Assembly (NCBI RefSeq): GCF_035084215.1 | Contig: NC_090357.1 | Span: 8,556,001 to 8,620,000 of the forward strand | Source: Heptranchias perlo | Taxonomy: Eukaryota | Length of the DNA stretch: 64,000 bases | Direction of reading: 5' to 3' | Shown here: positions 1-12,279 of the stretch, one piece after another | Position numbering within the stretch: position 1 is the stretch's first letter | How the letters are laid out: every line of letters starts with the position of its first letter | Program-made: the position numbers and the translations under genes | The notes under the pieces: model-generated | Told to the model about the DNA's origin: nothing | The model's database searches: none | Seen by the model: the letters and a program-made list of their open reading frames with translations, nothing else

Positions 1-104
1 ACTAGGACCTATAGATATAGTTTTCAAGCAATAATGATTACAGCAATGCTCCTCAACTTCCAAAGAAACACTAATAAAAACAAGTTCAAAGCTCCCCAAA
101 GGCT

Positions 105-460
105 CAAGGGAGCAGCTGAGCCATACTGACCAGAAAGTTGTTAAGTTCTACCGCATGACTGTACTGGGATAACTGATCTCAGGCAGGATGATGGTAGGGG
201 TACTACAAATGGCTTCAGCAATCCTGGGTCAAGGTGGGGAAAATGAGTCAGGGTTCCTGCTCCTGATCTCTATCTAGCGACCTCAAATTGGAAGCATACG
301 CACGAGTTTGGTAAAGACAGAATTAGGCTCAGCTGTGATGCCTCCAGGCTGCCAACACTGTCTACACTCAGACTTGAATAATGGCCACTTGTGAGAGGCA
401 TATCTCAGCAAGGAGTCAACAACTTCAGGAGAGGAAAAGGGAGAAAACTGAGGCAAGAGA
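105..460 (+). mobile_element. tRNA-derived SINE, unnamed family A, decayed
   Basis: Shares blocks ctgagcca..gaccagaa, ctgatctcag, gctacaa.tggc.tcag, cagggttcctgctcctgatc and aataatggccacttg with copies at 15.3, 32.2, 41.3, 56.0 and 58.8-62.5 kb. Confidence 0.7.
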
Positions 461-714
461 AAAAAAAGTTCAAATGTCACACAATGCTGCATTTTGTTTT
501 CCTTTTTCTACAGTAATAGATCAAATCATACCATTTCACGACATAATATGCATAAACAGAATATCAAATAATTTACAACAGCTACTTTGTAATAGACTGC
601 CTTGACGAAAGCTGTCTACTGCTAAGATGGAGCTGTGTTTAACCTGGCCACAAAGTGCACTCCCTGTGCTCCAAGCTGGCATATCCTGAGGTCAAATAGA
701 GGCTAACTCCGGGT

Positions 715-2150
715 CCATCAAAAAGGCAAACAGAATCCTTAGTGTTGTATCTGGAGACATAGGGCACTTGTAGCTAGAGACATAGGGCACAATTTTAAAA
801 GTGAAAAACAGGTGGGTTGGGAGCGGGCATTCAAAATTGCAACCATTTCAGACCCGCCCCAACCCGCCCTTTTCCGGTTTTTACTGGGGCGGGGCGAGAG
901 GGTGTGGCCAACCCGCTCCCAGGAGGCAGGTCAGGCCCTAAAACCTTTCAAGGAGGCTTTAGGCCTCCGTTTTCTCACAGTTTCTGATTCAACCCCGGAG
1001 GGCCGGGATTCCCGGGCCTTCCGTTTCATGCCACGTGAAGGAAGGTGAGAAGGCCCGAGACTGACAGGTAGGTGCCTTTCTGGCACAGCTTATGGACCCG
1101 AAGGAGCAGGAATGCATCCCCCAGGCCCAACAAGCCCACCTGCAGCGACCCCCCAACGATCGCTGACCCCCCACCCCAAACGATCGCGGACACCCGCAAA
1201 GACCCCCGAACCCAATACATCCCCCCCCCCCCCGTGACTGACCCCCCCCAATCCCTTCCCCCATGACTGACTCCCCAGTGAGCCCTGTACCAACCCATGC
1301 CCCATGCCAACCTATGCACCCTGTGCCAACCCATGCCCCATGCCAACCCATGCCCACCCATGCCACCCATCCATATAAACAAAGACTTAGCTGAAGACTT
1401 ACCTGAACCTGGCTGGTCTCCCATCCAATCAGGCCGGACAGTCAGTCGGCAAACCGACAAAAAAAAGACGTCCTTACCTCAAAATCGTAAGGATATCCAG
1501 CAAATCCAGGTTTCCCGTCCGCAATTTGACCCCCCAGCTCCCTTCCCAGCTCGGACTCAAAATTATCCCCATAGAATAGGAAAACAAGATGGCAATGTTG
1601 AACTTCTGCAAACGTCAGTAAGGTTGTGTACAGTTTTGAGCACCACTTTATAGAAAGGATATAAATGCAGTGGAAAAAGTTGCAACATAGATTCACTAAA
1701 ATTTTACCAGGAATGAGGGTTACAATTATGATGAGAGATGAGATATTTGGGCTTTTTCACTAATGCTGGGAAGGTTTGGGGTCACCTGATAAAGATCTTC
1801 AAGATCATAAAGGTAAACAGGCAACGAAAAAGTACATAGGGATAGATTGTTTCCACCAGTGGCAAGACAGTAACAAAAGGGCACAAATTTAAGATGGCCA
1901 CAAAAAGAATTAAAGTGGAGGCTAGAAAAAGTTGTTCGACACAATTAAAATATGGAAGTTACAAACGGCTGTTGTAGCAGAATCCATACATACTTTAAAA
2001 AAAAGAATTTGATAGTTGTTTGAAAAAGAGGAATATTAAAAGTTATAGGAAATAAGCAGGCAAGTGGGATTAGACTGGGTGAGCCACATGAAGAAAAACA
2101 TCGCATAGACTTGATGGGCCATCAACCTGTTTCTGCAGTCTTAATGTTCA
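715..2150 (+). mobile_element. CR1 LINE 3' fragment, decayed, split by the element at 785-1570
   Basis: aaaaaggcaaacagaatccttag...tagctagagacata resumes after 1573 as gaataggaaaacaag..., followed by a typical CR1 RT C-terminus and 3' UTR (gggattagactgg, gatgggcc). Confidence 0.75.
785..1570. mobile_element. Non-autonomous PIF/Harbinger-type DNA transposon
   Basis: Imperfect TIRs GGGCACAATTTTAA and (reverse complement) GGGGATAATTTTGA. 3-bp TSD ATA at 782-784 and 1571-1573. GC-rich interior with ccaacccatgccccatg repeats (about 1290-1365). Removing it restores the flanking CR1. Confidence 0.8.
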
Positions 2151-3499
2151 ATAGTATTACAATACAATGTTCATTTTTTCCTGTCACTGAACCTCACCCT
2201 GTGATCCACTACTTTTGCCTTATTAGCCTGTAAGCTAGCTGTACTCTCAAATGTATGAAAACACTTACATGACATTATAAAAGGACACTTAATTGTCAAA
2301 GAAAAAAGGGAAATGTCATTTCAGCAACCCACACCATTTTACCATTAGAGTCCTCAAAACGATGAATGCGTGTTTGCATGACAATGATATTTACACAGCA
2401 AGTACTCCACATTCATTGGAAAGCCTATTGATTTGGGCTGCAGCAGCATCTATTCGCAGAGGAGTCCTACAGCCCACATCAGACCCAATGCAACCCCTTT
2501 TCCTTAGAAGTGAAAGCTTTAAAATATTCTGTACTGTTTGTCATTTATAACAGCACAAGAATTCATATTTATCTGCAGTGTTAATGCATCAAGTTCACCA
2601 AAAATACTAACAGCCCAATCAACATACAAACTCCACAGAACAATACCATTTGAATGGTGATTCATCATAGTTAACCCACATTTTCCCCAACGAAAAATTA
2701 AAATTCACATAAGACAGCACAGTTCTACGAAACTCTGCACAGTGTTTACATTTCACCAATATATTTGATTTACAGTCTTGGCCCATGTTCAGACACCTCC
2801 AATCTTTTCCTCAAAATTTTGCTCTTGAAAGATCAAACAACAAAGTTTCATCATTTATGTTCGCTGTCAAACCCTTCCCAATATCATTATTATTACTTTA
2901 CAGTATACGTAAGCTATGGCACTCAGTTGTATCTGCCAGCAAAATAAAGCTTAATAAAACTTCTGTCCATTTCGCATGCAAAAAAATGACCAGTCACTAG
3001 CAACAGTGCTATGGCTGCTATAAAAAAAAATGGAACATCTATAATTCTAGATATAATTCAGAGTGTGTATGCCAAACACATCTCAGGATTGAGATAGCTT
3101 TTATAAGCCTCTCAAGGTTTGCTCCATTATCTTATATGCCATAGTTTGTTATTGTGTTGATGTTGACTAAACACGACCTAGATTTTCATTCCACCCACAG
3201 GATTTTGGCTACCATATTAAAATTTCCCTGAATTTAGCTTAAGCAAGGTGGACTGTTCTAGCATTGAGAAGTTAGTTGTATGATTTGATTATTCATGGAC
3301 CTACTAAAAACATTTAGCTCTGTGACTGAACTCTATAAAAATGTAACTCATCAGTCAAAAACTGTATCACATTTCGAAGAGATGCACATGCTAAATGATA
3401 ACAAAAAGGAATCAGAGATGACATCAAGTGGATCATTTAGAGGGCATGTTGTCATCAATTTTTTAAAAAATTATATTTAGTTTTCACATCACCTTTTTC

Positions 3500-3750
3500 C
3501 ATTTTTTTTATTTGTTCTCAGAATGAGGGAGATGCCAGGAAGGCCACATTTATTGCCCATCCCTAGCTGCTCTAAGTGTTATAAAAACAGAAAATGCTGG
3601 AAAAGCTCAGCAAGTCAGGCAGCATCTGTGGAGAAAGAAACAGAGTTAACGTTTCAGGCCGAAGACCTTTTGTCAGAATTGCTTGAAAACTGCTAAGTGA
3701 TGATGGGCCTTTCATCTTGAACCACTACAGTCCTTGTTGCGGTAGTGATT
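3500..3750 (-). mobile_element. HER1/HE1-type 3' tail fragment interrupted at 3579-3692
   Basis: tttgttc...aaggccacatttattgcccatccct matches the tails at 9079 and 5430 and continues after 3699 with cttgaaccactacagtcc. Confidence 0.6.
3579..3692 (-). mobile_element. Short Penelope-like terminal fragment with hammerhead-like core
   Basis: aaaacagaaaatgctggaaa..ctcagc..gtcaggcagcatctgtggaga unit flanked by a 7-bp direct repeat CTAAGTG (3572-3578, 3693-3699). The minus strand reads CTGACAAA-AGGTC-TTC-GGCCT-GAAACGTTA. Confidence 0.55.
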
Positions 3751-4560
3751 TTTTTTTGTTTCAACTGTGAATTCTGATGACACGATGAAGAAACCAAATT
3801 CAGTTGCTAAGCCCAGCAATACAATGGAAATAAATTAACATCAGTAAAGACCAGTCCTTTGGATTCTTACTTCCATTTACTGCAAACCAATGGGGAGATT
3901 CCCCCTTAATATCAAGCATTCAAATCTGAATTATATATCAGATCAGCCAAGACTGTAGATATAGGAGAGGTCTGTTGTGGCAAATGGAATACCCTTCATT
4001 CAGCTAACTAAAAGATGACTAATTATTTTCACAAACCTAGTCTGATGAGTCAGAAATGTAAGAAATAGTTTGCTTCTACATGACTTAATAAGTGGTGCTG
4101 TAACATGCCCTAGAATAACTACGATGTACTTGCAATCACTGAGCTTTTCTACATAGTCAGCTGCATGGTATTCAAGTCCTAACATTATTACCACAGCAAT
4201 AGATGATAAGCAGTATGCACTTTTAAAAATTATTAATTTATCCCTGCTTTGAATTAACAGGTTGAGATTCTAAGGACAGTAACTAGCACACTGAGATCAT
4301 TTCCAATTCTGCTGCTACCCATCATGACACTGGCTACATCACACAAGATTAAGTAAAGTACTTTTAAAAATGGTGACTTGAAGACATTATTCATTTTCAA
4401 GCAAGCAAATGGAATTATAGAATTATGAATTTACCTGTTCACAATAAAAATCACAATCTGTTTTGATAACAATCCTGTAAAAGTTAACACTGATATCAAC
4501 AGATCTATCCTATACAAAACATTAAAAAAACTCACTTAAAAATCAAAATTATATTTTATT

Positions 4561-5430
4561 TGTTCAGGTCCATTCGCAACCCCTCAGATAGTGAAGCAGT
4601 CCGTGCCCGCACACAGCAAGACCTGGACAACATCCAGGCTTGGGCTGATAAGTGGCAAGTAACATTCACGCCAGACAAGTGCCAGGCAATGACCATCTCC
4701 AACAAGAGAGTCTAAACACCTCCCCTTGACATTCAACAGCATTACCATTGCTGAATCCCCTACCATCAACATCCTGGGGGTCCATTGACCAGAAACTTAG
4801 CTGGACCAGCCATATAAATACTGTGGCTACAAGAGGTCAGAGGCTGGGTATTCTGCGGCGAGTGACTCACCTCCTGACTCCCCAAAGCCTTTCCACCATC
4901 TACAAGTCAGGAGTGTGATGGAATACTCTCCACTTGCCTGGATGAGTGCAGCTCCAACAACACTCAAGAAGCTTGACACCATCCAGCACAAAGCAGCCCG
5001 CTTGATTAGCACCCCATCCACCACCCTAAACATTCACTCCCTTCACCATCGGTGCATCGTGGCTGCATATGTACCATCTACAGGATGCACTGCAGCAATT
5101 CACCAAGGCTTCTTCAACAGCACCTCCCAAACCCACGACCTCTACCACCTAGAAGGACAAGGGCAGCAGACACATGAGAACACCACCACCTGCACATTCC
5201 CCTCCAAGTCACACACCATCCCGACTTGGAAATATATCGCTGTTCCTTCATCATCGCTGGGTCAAAATCCTGGAACTCCCTACCCAACAGCACTGTGGGA
5301 GAACCTTCACCACACGGACTGCAGTGGTTCAAGGCGGCGGCTCACCGCCACCTTCTCAAGGGCAATTAGGAACGGGCAATAAATTCTGGCTTTGCCAGCG
5401 ACGCCCAGATGCCATGAACAAATAAAAAAA
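4561..5430 (+). mobile_element. HER1-like (CR1-clade) LINE, 5'-truncated, frameshifted
   Basis: ORF 4915-5382 begins MEYSPLAWMSAAPTTLKKLDTIQHKAARLI (RT C-terminal region). Tail gggcaattagg..gggcaataaa..ctggc.ttgccagcgacgccca ends in an A-run. Confidence 0.9.
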
Positions 5431-6492
5431 CACATCATAGCACACATTTTTCCCCATGGTAATAGTTGTAAACCATGACAACCAGACTAAACAAAACAGA
5501 AATAGAGGATATAAACTGCCGGCCTGGTGAGGTTGTTCATTGGTGTATCAACGTGTTGCTACAGAGAGTAATAGAACATGGCTTTGTTTTCCCACAGAGC
5601 AATTTCCTAATTACAGTCAGATTGTTAGTAGTGGTAAGCTGTTTCCCCACAGAGAGGGGAGGAAGGTAAGGGGGTGGGAGTGAGTCAACCCAGACTCCAC
5701 GTATTCCTAGTGGCCAGGTACAGGCTTGGGAACAGGTCACTTACATCTTTCAACCAAGAAAAGGGGAGAGGAAGTTCAAAAGTAACTACAGGATAAATCA
5801 CAATGAGTTGTAAATGGGATTTATATTTTTGCAAATGAAAAAATTCAGAAAACACAAGTGAAATACAGTCTGAGGAGTGAGACTGAAAGTTGTGTTTCAT
5901 TGTTACCCATGACATTATATCACATTTCATTTTTTTAAATTATTACTTTTAATGAGGACCATCACAAAATTAGAACGCATTTTAACACTTCCTTTTTGGC
6001 CATGTCAGCTTGCCTCTCATCTTCAATGGTGATTTGCCAGTATCTCAAAAATCTCTTAAACAAGAACTTGAATAACTAGCGAGGTTTGCAGCCTGTGTCT
6101 GTGTCTAGGCGTATGATTCAATAAATATTATTACATAGGTTAAATTTTAAAACGTGTTGAAACTTACCATCAGGCTAGTGTACAGAAATAAAACATGTAC
6201 TTACTTCAGTTCCATAAAGCAGTGCATTATTGCAATACTACTGTTATAAAGAATGTTGCAGGTTTATAGCCTGATGTACAATTTTATATATGTACAACAT
6301 GCAACCAGGAATTTCATGCCATCTCATTCTGTTTGTTTGAATCTTCACATTCATATTCACAGTATGATATGACACTATGATTATAGCTGCACCAAGATAT
6401 ACAGGGAAAGGATTGTTATTGGCGAGAGGGGAGTCAGGAAAGGAAAATAATTGGAGAAGAAGAGTTCTTCACCAAAAACAAGTAGAAAAATA

Positions 6493-6780
6493 AGGACTTG
6501 CATTTATATTGTGTATTATCACGTCTCCGACAGATCTTAAAGTACCTCATATACAAAGAATGGAACAACCATTTTGTCTTTAGTTATGGTCCCATAAACA
6601 GCAATATGATGAACAACTTCTTAATCTCTTTTTGATAGTGGTGGTTGAAGGAGAAATATTGGCCGGGAAGCTGGGAGATCCCTGCTTTTCTTTGACTACC
6701 CTGCCATGGGATCTTTAATGTCCACTTTAATGAGAAATGATAGATGATGCCTCAGTTCAACACTTTATCCAAAGTATGGT
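6493..6780 (-). mobile_element. SacSINE1/DeuSINE-like SINE, decayed
   Basis: gacttgcatttatat tail and gccatgggatcttt..gtccac body match the better copy at 47780-48231. Confidence 0.65.
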
Positions 6781-8189
6781 TAGGAGTAAATGCAAGATTT
6801 AAGGAAGTCAAGTTTATAGCAAGCATACAACTTGTGATAGATTAGAGACAGCACATCGGTGGTGTTCATTAAGGGAGGACCCGCAATAGTCTAGTCCCAT
6901 TCCAAATGTGTAATCATTTTTTTATGAATATATAGTAAACAGGTACAACAAATAAAAATTTAAAACGCATGTTCTATAAATTAGGTTAAGAAAACCACAC
7001 AGTGAATACATGTTACCAGTTCATAATCATTGCATATAACTCACACAAAGAAACTTATACAGGCACTTTAGAAACTGCCTATAAATGCATCTGGATGAGT
7101 GAATTATAAATTTTGATCAAATTAACAAATTGGTGGTATTTGATGAGGGCAATGACTTTCTACATCTACTGTCTAGTAGTCTAAGACCTGCGGTGCAACG
7201 GAAAGGAGACAGTATAGCAAAGTTACATTGGAAACAAATCAATAACCACTCATTATTTTCTGTGGATAGAGTAAAATTTTAGGAATGTCCATTCTCATTA
7301 TCTATGCCTTACATAAACCTTGCACATCAAATCCACTAGTATTTTAAAATATGGTGTACAGATGTTGTACAACTTTCCAGTACTGTATTCTTTTCATTCT
7401 ATTCCTATCATTTATGAGTGCCAATTAAGGGACAGTTTGGCTGAGAGCAAAGACTTTAGAATCTTACTAACAGGACCCCTTTTGAAAATCAGTTGAAAAG
7501 AATTATAATTAACATCCTTTTATTTTGTTCTGTTCATTTTTGTCAGTTTTTAAAATATTTTTGTTTAAACAGTAAGCAACAATGACTTGGAAGGATTATT
7601 AAGCGAACATTATAAGGGAGGTGAATGAACATACACAGTTAATATACAAAGCTATAGAGGACTGTTTAGAAAATAATAATTCCACCTAAAACTGCTTTAC
7701 GTTTGGATTAAAAGTCAGTAACAAATATTTCTGCTCCCAAATACATTGGGTTGCCAGATTTCCAAAACCATGTCTGAGTCATAATCTGTAACAGCACTCC
7801 TTCAAAACCATACTATGGCCTCCAGAAACCAGATCATGTCAAGGGTGGGGAATTTCAACATCAGGTGGGAAGTGAATGAGACATTTCTTACTTGCACACA
7901 CACACCAGTGACCGTGGCCAATATGCCTTATTCAAGAGAGTTCATAATGGCTTCAAATGGTGAGGGCTGCCGATGCCTGTAGAGTTATTTTTTAAATCAC
8001 TAATCAGTTCTAAGCCATTTTAACAATAGCACATGCACTATGAAGCAACAAAATGTAACAGCGCAACCATTCAGAAAAGCAAATTGTTACTCATCATTCA
8101 TTATTTTGAGGCTCGATTTGTGAAATAACAGCTGCTACTGTCACCAGTTTGATATTCAGTTTATTCTGTTACAATATGTTATTTTAACC

Positions 8190-8890
8190 TTGTGTAGATC
8201 ATTAGTGAGGCCACAGTGGACTACTGTGCAAACTTTTGGCCAGTACTCAGGAGAGCATTCAGGCAATAGCAACAAAGATGATTCCAGAACCTAACACCCC
8301 AAAATATGAAGAGACTCACAAAGCAGAATGGAAAATAGATCGAGAGAGATGTGATTCTGGTCTCCAATATGGAGAAGTATGGATAATAGTGATGTAAGCA
8401 GGCTAATAACTTGGAGTGAGAGTACAAAATTAAAGGATGTGAGTAAATTATTTTTAGAATGCTATCCACAGAGTGGTGAATATGTGGCACATGCACCCTA
8501 TAAAAGCAGTTAATGTTACCATAATTAATTCATTTAAAAGAAAAAGTTAGAAAATATAAGACTAGAACAAGATTGAAAGTTACAGGCATAAGAATAAAGA
8601 GAGATTGCCTAATCAGTACTTCATAGACTATGATAGTACCTGCATTTCTGGAAGAATCTCTGGAAAATGTTATCTGTGGAATGCTAGTTGACAGGAAAGT
8701 ACAATGGAGGTTGTTAGGTTGCATAGATATTCTGTAATTTCACTACTACCTTGGGGTTCAGGGAGAAATTTTGCAGAACCCTTCCTCAGAAGATTGAGTC
8801 TAAGATAGAACAGATTATATAAGTCTGAAGGAAAAGGTTTGATGAGCCAAATGGCCTTTTCTTATTCTTTGCTTTCTTATTTTTCCTAAT
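8190..8890 (+). mobile_element. Old CR1 3' fragment, highly decayed
   Basis: ttagtgaggccacagtggactactgtgcaaacttttgg (LVRP.LEYC.QFW-like), agagtggtgaatatgtgg, and tail gagccaaatggcctttt..ttcttat. Confidence 0.55.
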
Positions 8891-9078
8891 TATGTGCTAC
8901 ATTCTAAGTGATGTTTAATTTGAATATATGAATTAAGATAATCTATAAGCAGTAAGTCCCAGATCTTCTTATTTATACTTCTTTCCATAAATTCCTTAGT
9001 TTAAGAACTACTCCACAATCCCGAGAAGATGCACATCAATTAAGAGGCAGTGCTTCACTGACATTCTGAAGGAGCACA

Positions 9079-9650
9079 TTTTTTTTAAATTCATTCATGG
9101 GATGTGGGCGTCAGTGGCAAGGCCAGCATTTATTGCCCATTCTTAATTGCCCTTGAGAAGGTGGTGGTGAGCCACCTTATTGAACCGCTGCAGTCCACGT
9201 GGTGAAGGTACTCCCACATGCTCCCAATGCTGTTAGATAGGGAGCTCTAGGATTTTGACCCAGCAACAATGAAGGAACAGCGATATATTTCCAAGTCAGG
9301 ATGGTGTGTGACTTGGAGGAGAATGTGCAGGTGGTGGTGTTCCCATGCTGCCCTTGTCCTTCTAGCTGGTAGAGGTTGTGGGTTTGGGAGGTGCTGTTGA
9401 AGAAGCCTTGGCGAGTTGCTGCAGCGCATGTTGTAGATAATACACACTGCAGCCACAGTGCGCCGGTGGTGGAGGGAGTGAATGTTTACGGTGGTGGATG
9501 GGGTGCCAATCAAGCAGGCTGCTTTGTCCTGGATGGTGTCGAGCTTCTTGAGTGTTGTTGGAGCTGCACTCTTCCAGGCAAGTGGAGAATATTCCATCAC
9601 ACTCCTGACTTGTGCCTTGTAGATGCTGGAAAGGTTTTGGGGAGTCAGGA
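9079..9650 (-). mobile_element. HER1-like LINE 3' fragment
   Basis: Minus ORF 9247-9600 MEYSPLAWKSAAPTTLKKLDTIQDKAACLIG is near-identical to the 4915 ORF. Same 3' tail. Confidence 0.9.
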
Positions 9651-11469
9651 GCTTGCTACAGTTTAGTCCATTTACAGACTGACAAGGAGGGTTATTTCTT
9701 TTTAATGCAGTTAATCAGCTAGGATTGGAAATGGCCAACCTCATTACACTGATGATGTTAAAGCCAGAATGGATTCTGGACCAGAGCTCGGAGGTGAAAG
9801 TACTGTACCCCAACTCACTCCGCCACCCAGTCTCTCCATCTCTGGTCCTTTAATTATCACTTTGATAATAAAATCAATATCAAACCAGACACTAAATCAG
9901 TACTTGCTCATTTAAAAAAAGATGCTGAGTTTGAAAATCACACTCAGAAGAGACGAAGCTGAAAGCGAAGCACGTCTCTTTTCACACAATTGAAATAAAA
10001 TGCTGTTTAGGTTCAATAGTATTGTGTAGACAGATTAGAAGCAAAGAATGTGTCAGTGAGTAGAAACCAGAGTGCATTTTTTTAAGTAGCCACAGCAATT
10101 ACAACTAATGCCGAGTTTGCCAAGCCAGCCATTTTAGTTGCCCATATACAACACTTGATGCATAATACAATACTTTTCCCAACCCAGTAACAAAGCTATT
10201 TGCATGATAGAGAAATCAGACATGGCTTCACACGATTCCCACACAAGGTCCCAAAGCTTAGCCATTTGTACACAAGTGAACAAGTCAATATACTCAACCA
10301 CTCCTCAGCAGCCTTTTTAAAAAGTCGAGGACAAGACTGAGTGCTTTCTCGTTATCTTACTGATTATATATTTTTTGTTTTTCTCTTTCCCCTCTTTTTA
10401 GATTCGCTCACCCTATACATCATTCTTAAATAATGCAACATTTTATTAATTGGCTCGACAACGAGCCACTGGTAGGTCTGAGGTTGTCATGCATTTCTGA
10501 CAGCCCTTTACACCTGGCTCCAGCTCCAGATAAGCAGGTCTCCAATATGGGAAGGACCCTCGCACAGCTAATAATTCATGTTCTACTATTCTTGCAAACC
10601 AAAGCAGAGCACAGTACATTAATACAACCCCTGCTGGTATTTCATGAAATGATTAGAAATGTGTTGCAATCAAGAATAAATAAATGAGACTTACCAGATA
10701 ACTCATGGACAAGGATTTTATCTATAATACTGGTTTTAAATATTCTATTCAATTTGTTTACACGGCATCTGATGTGCTACAATATGAAATATCTCCATTG
10801 CACCGAACACCACATGTATTCTGCAACTTTCATCCAAGTTGCAGAACTGAAAATATGCCTAGGCAGGTACTCAATTGGCAAAACTGAAATGCCAACTTGC
10901 TATATTTAGCTTGAAAATTCAGAGCTTTTTATTACAATCCAGTTGTCCTGGTTTTCTTGCAGTTTCTTGAGTTTCAGTGGAACCTGCCTAAACACCTTGC
11001 CAAGAATTCACTCCTTTAATATTATTAAACCCATACTTGCACAGGAGGTTTTAAGTTGCATGTACCAATGCACTGTCACAGAGCAGTAGGATGAAATTTT
11101 GCATCCATTGTTTCCCACATGGCAATTTCCTGATTTCAATCATATTATCAGAAAGCGACATAAAGTAAAGGAAATGTGTTTTCCCTTTAGGAAGAGAATG
11201 TCCTGCAACAGCAATCTACTCTTGCACACCTACTAGCAGCTACAGTAAGTCACCAGCACTTTTGATCAGGATATGGTGTGTATTATGAGGAAACCTACAA
11301 AGATAATGTGGCCTGGCCGGGTAGGGCACGGAGTAAAATCCGACCAAAGACAATACTAACTATGCAGAAAACTATATTGCAAAAAATATTGTCATTACTT
11401 TTCTTTTGAAAATATTTGCTGATCATCTTTGTTCTTTAGTTTTCAAATTCTGACACAAAAAGAAAACAG

Positions 11470-11865
11470 CAATCTTGCATTTATATGGTGCCTTTTATGT
11501 CTCTCAGAAACAAATCAAAGGACTCAACACAAAATGAATCACTTTGAAGATTAGTGACTATTACTTAAGGAAATGTAGCAGCCATTTTGCTCACTGTAAG
11601 ATCAGATTCATAACAATAAATGATATAACCAGTTAATCCATTTATGACTGTATTAGTTAAGGGAAGAAAGGTGACCAGACACCTGGGAAACTCCCTGCTC
11701 TTCAGATAGTGGCATGGGACCTTTAATATCTATCTGAACCACTGAAACAGAGAAAGGGCCTCATTAATTTCTCATTCAGAGGATGCCACCTCTGACAATG
11801 CAGCACTCCCTCGGGACTGCACTAGAATGCCAATGTAGTTAGTGCAATCAAATCCTAGAGTGAGG
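11470..11865 (-). mobile_element. SacSINE1/DeuSINE-like SINE, decayed
   Basis: cttgcatttatatggtgcc tail, gcagccattttg and cacctctgacaatgcagcactccctc blocks shared with the 47780 copy. Confidence 0.7.
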
Positions 11866-12279
11866 AGTACAGGGCAATGAATTTCCTTCTTTCTCTAGAA
11901 ATGCAGTGCCATAAATTAGCTTCAGAGCTTCATATAAAAAGTACATATTAAAAAATCTATGATCAACACCCCTACATTGTCAATTTGATTAAATATGTAG
12001 GAAAGCACATAACCTAGAATTTATTACTAAACAGAAACAAAGTGGTTTAATCAACATCGAACTAGTTTTATAGTGAGATTTTGCATTGTAGGAGTGGGTG
12101 CTACAACAATCTCACTATTTGAACTGAAGTGTTACTAAAGCATATGATGTGAATTGTGGTCATATTAGTTTAATTTCATTATTTGTTGTAAGGACTAGAA
12201 TATATAATTGGAAGATTTGACAAATTGTTCTCTAGGAATGCATGCAATTAATTAGTTTGGGAGCTGAGTAATAGACACC

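Noticed and set aside
812-1653. Cluster of overlapping 64-144 aa ORFs on both strands
   Set aside because: They lie inside a GC-rich non-autonomous transposon; the Gly/Trp/Pro repeats come from the ccaacccatgcc minisatellite.
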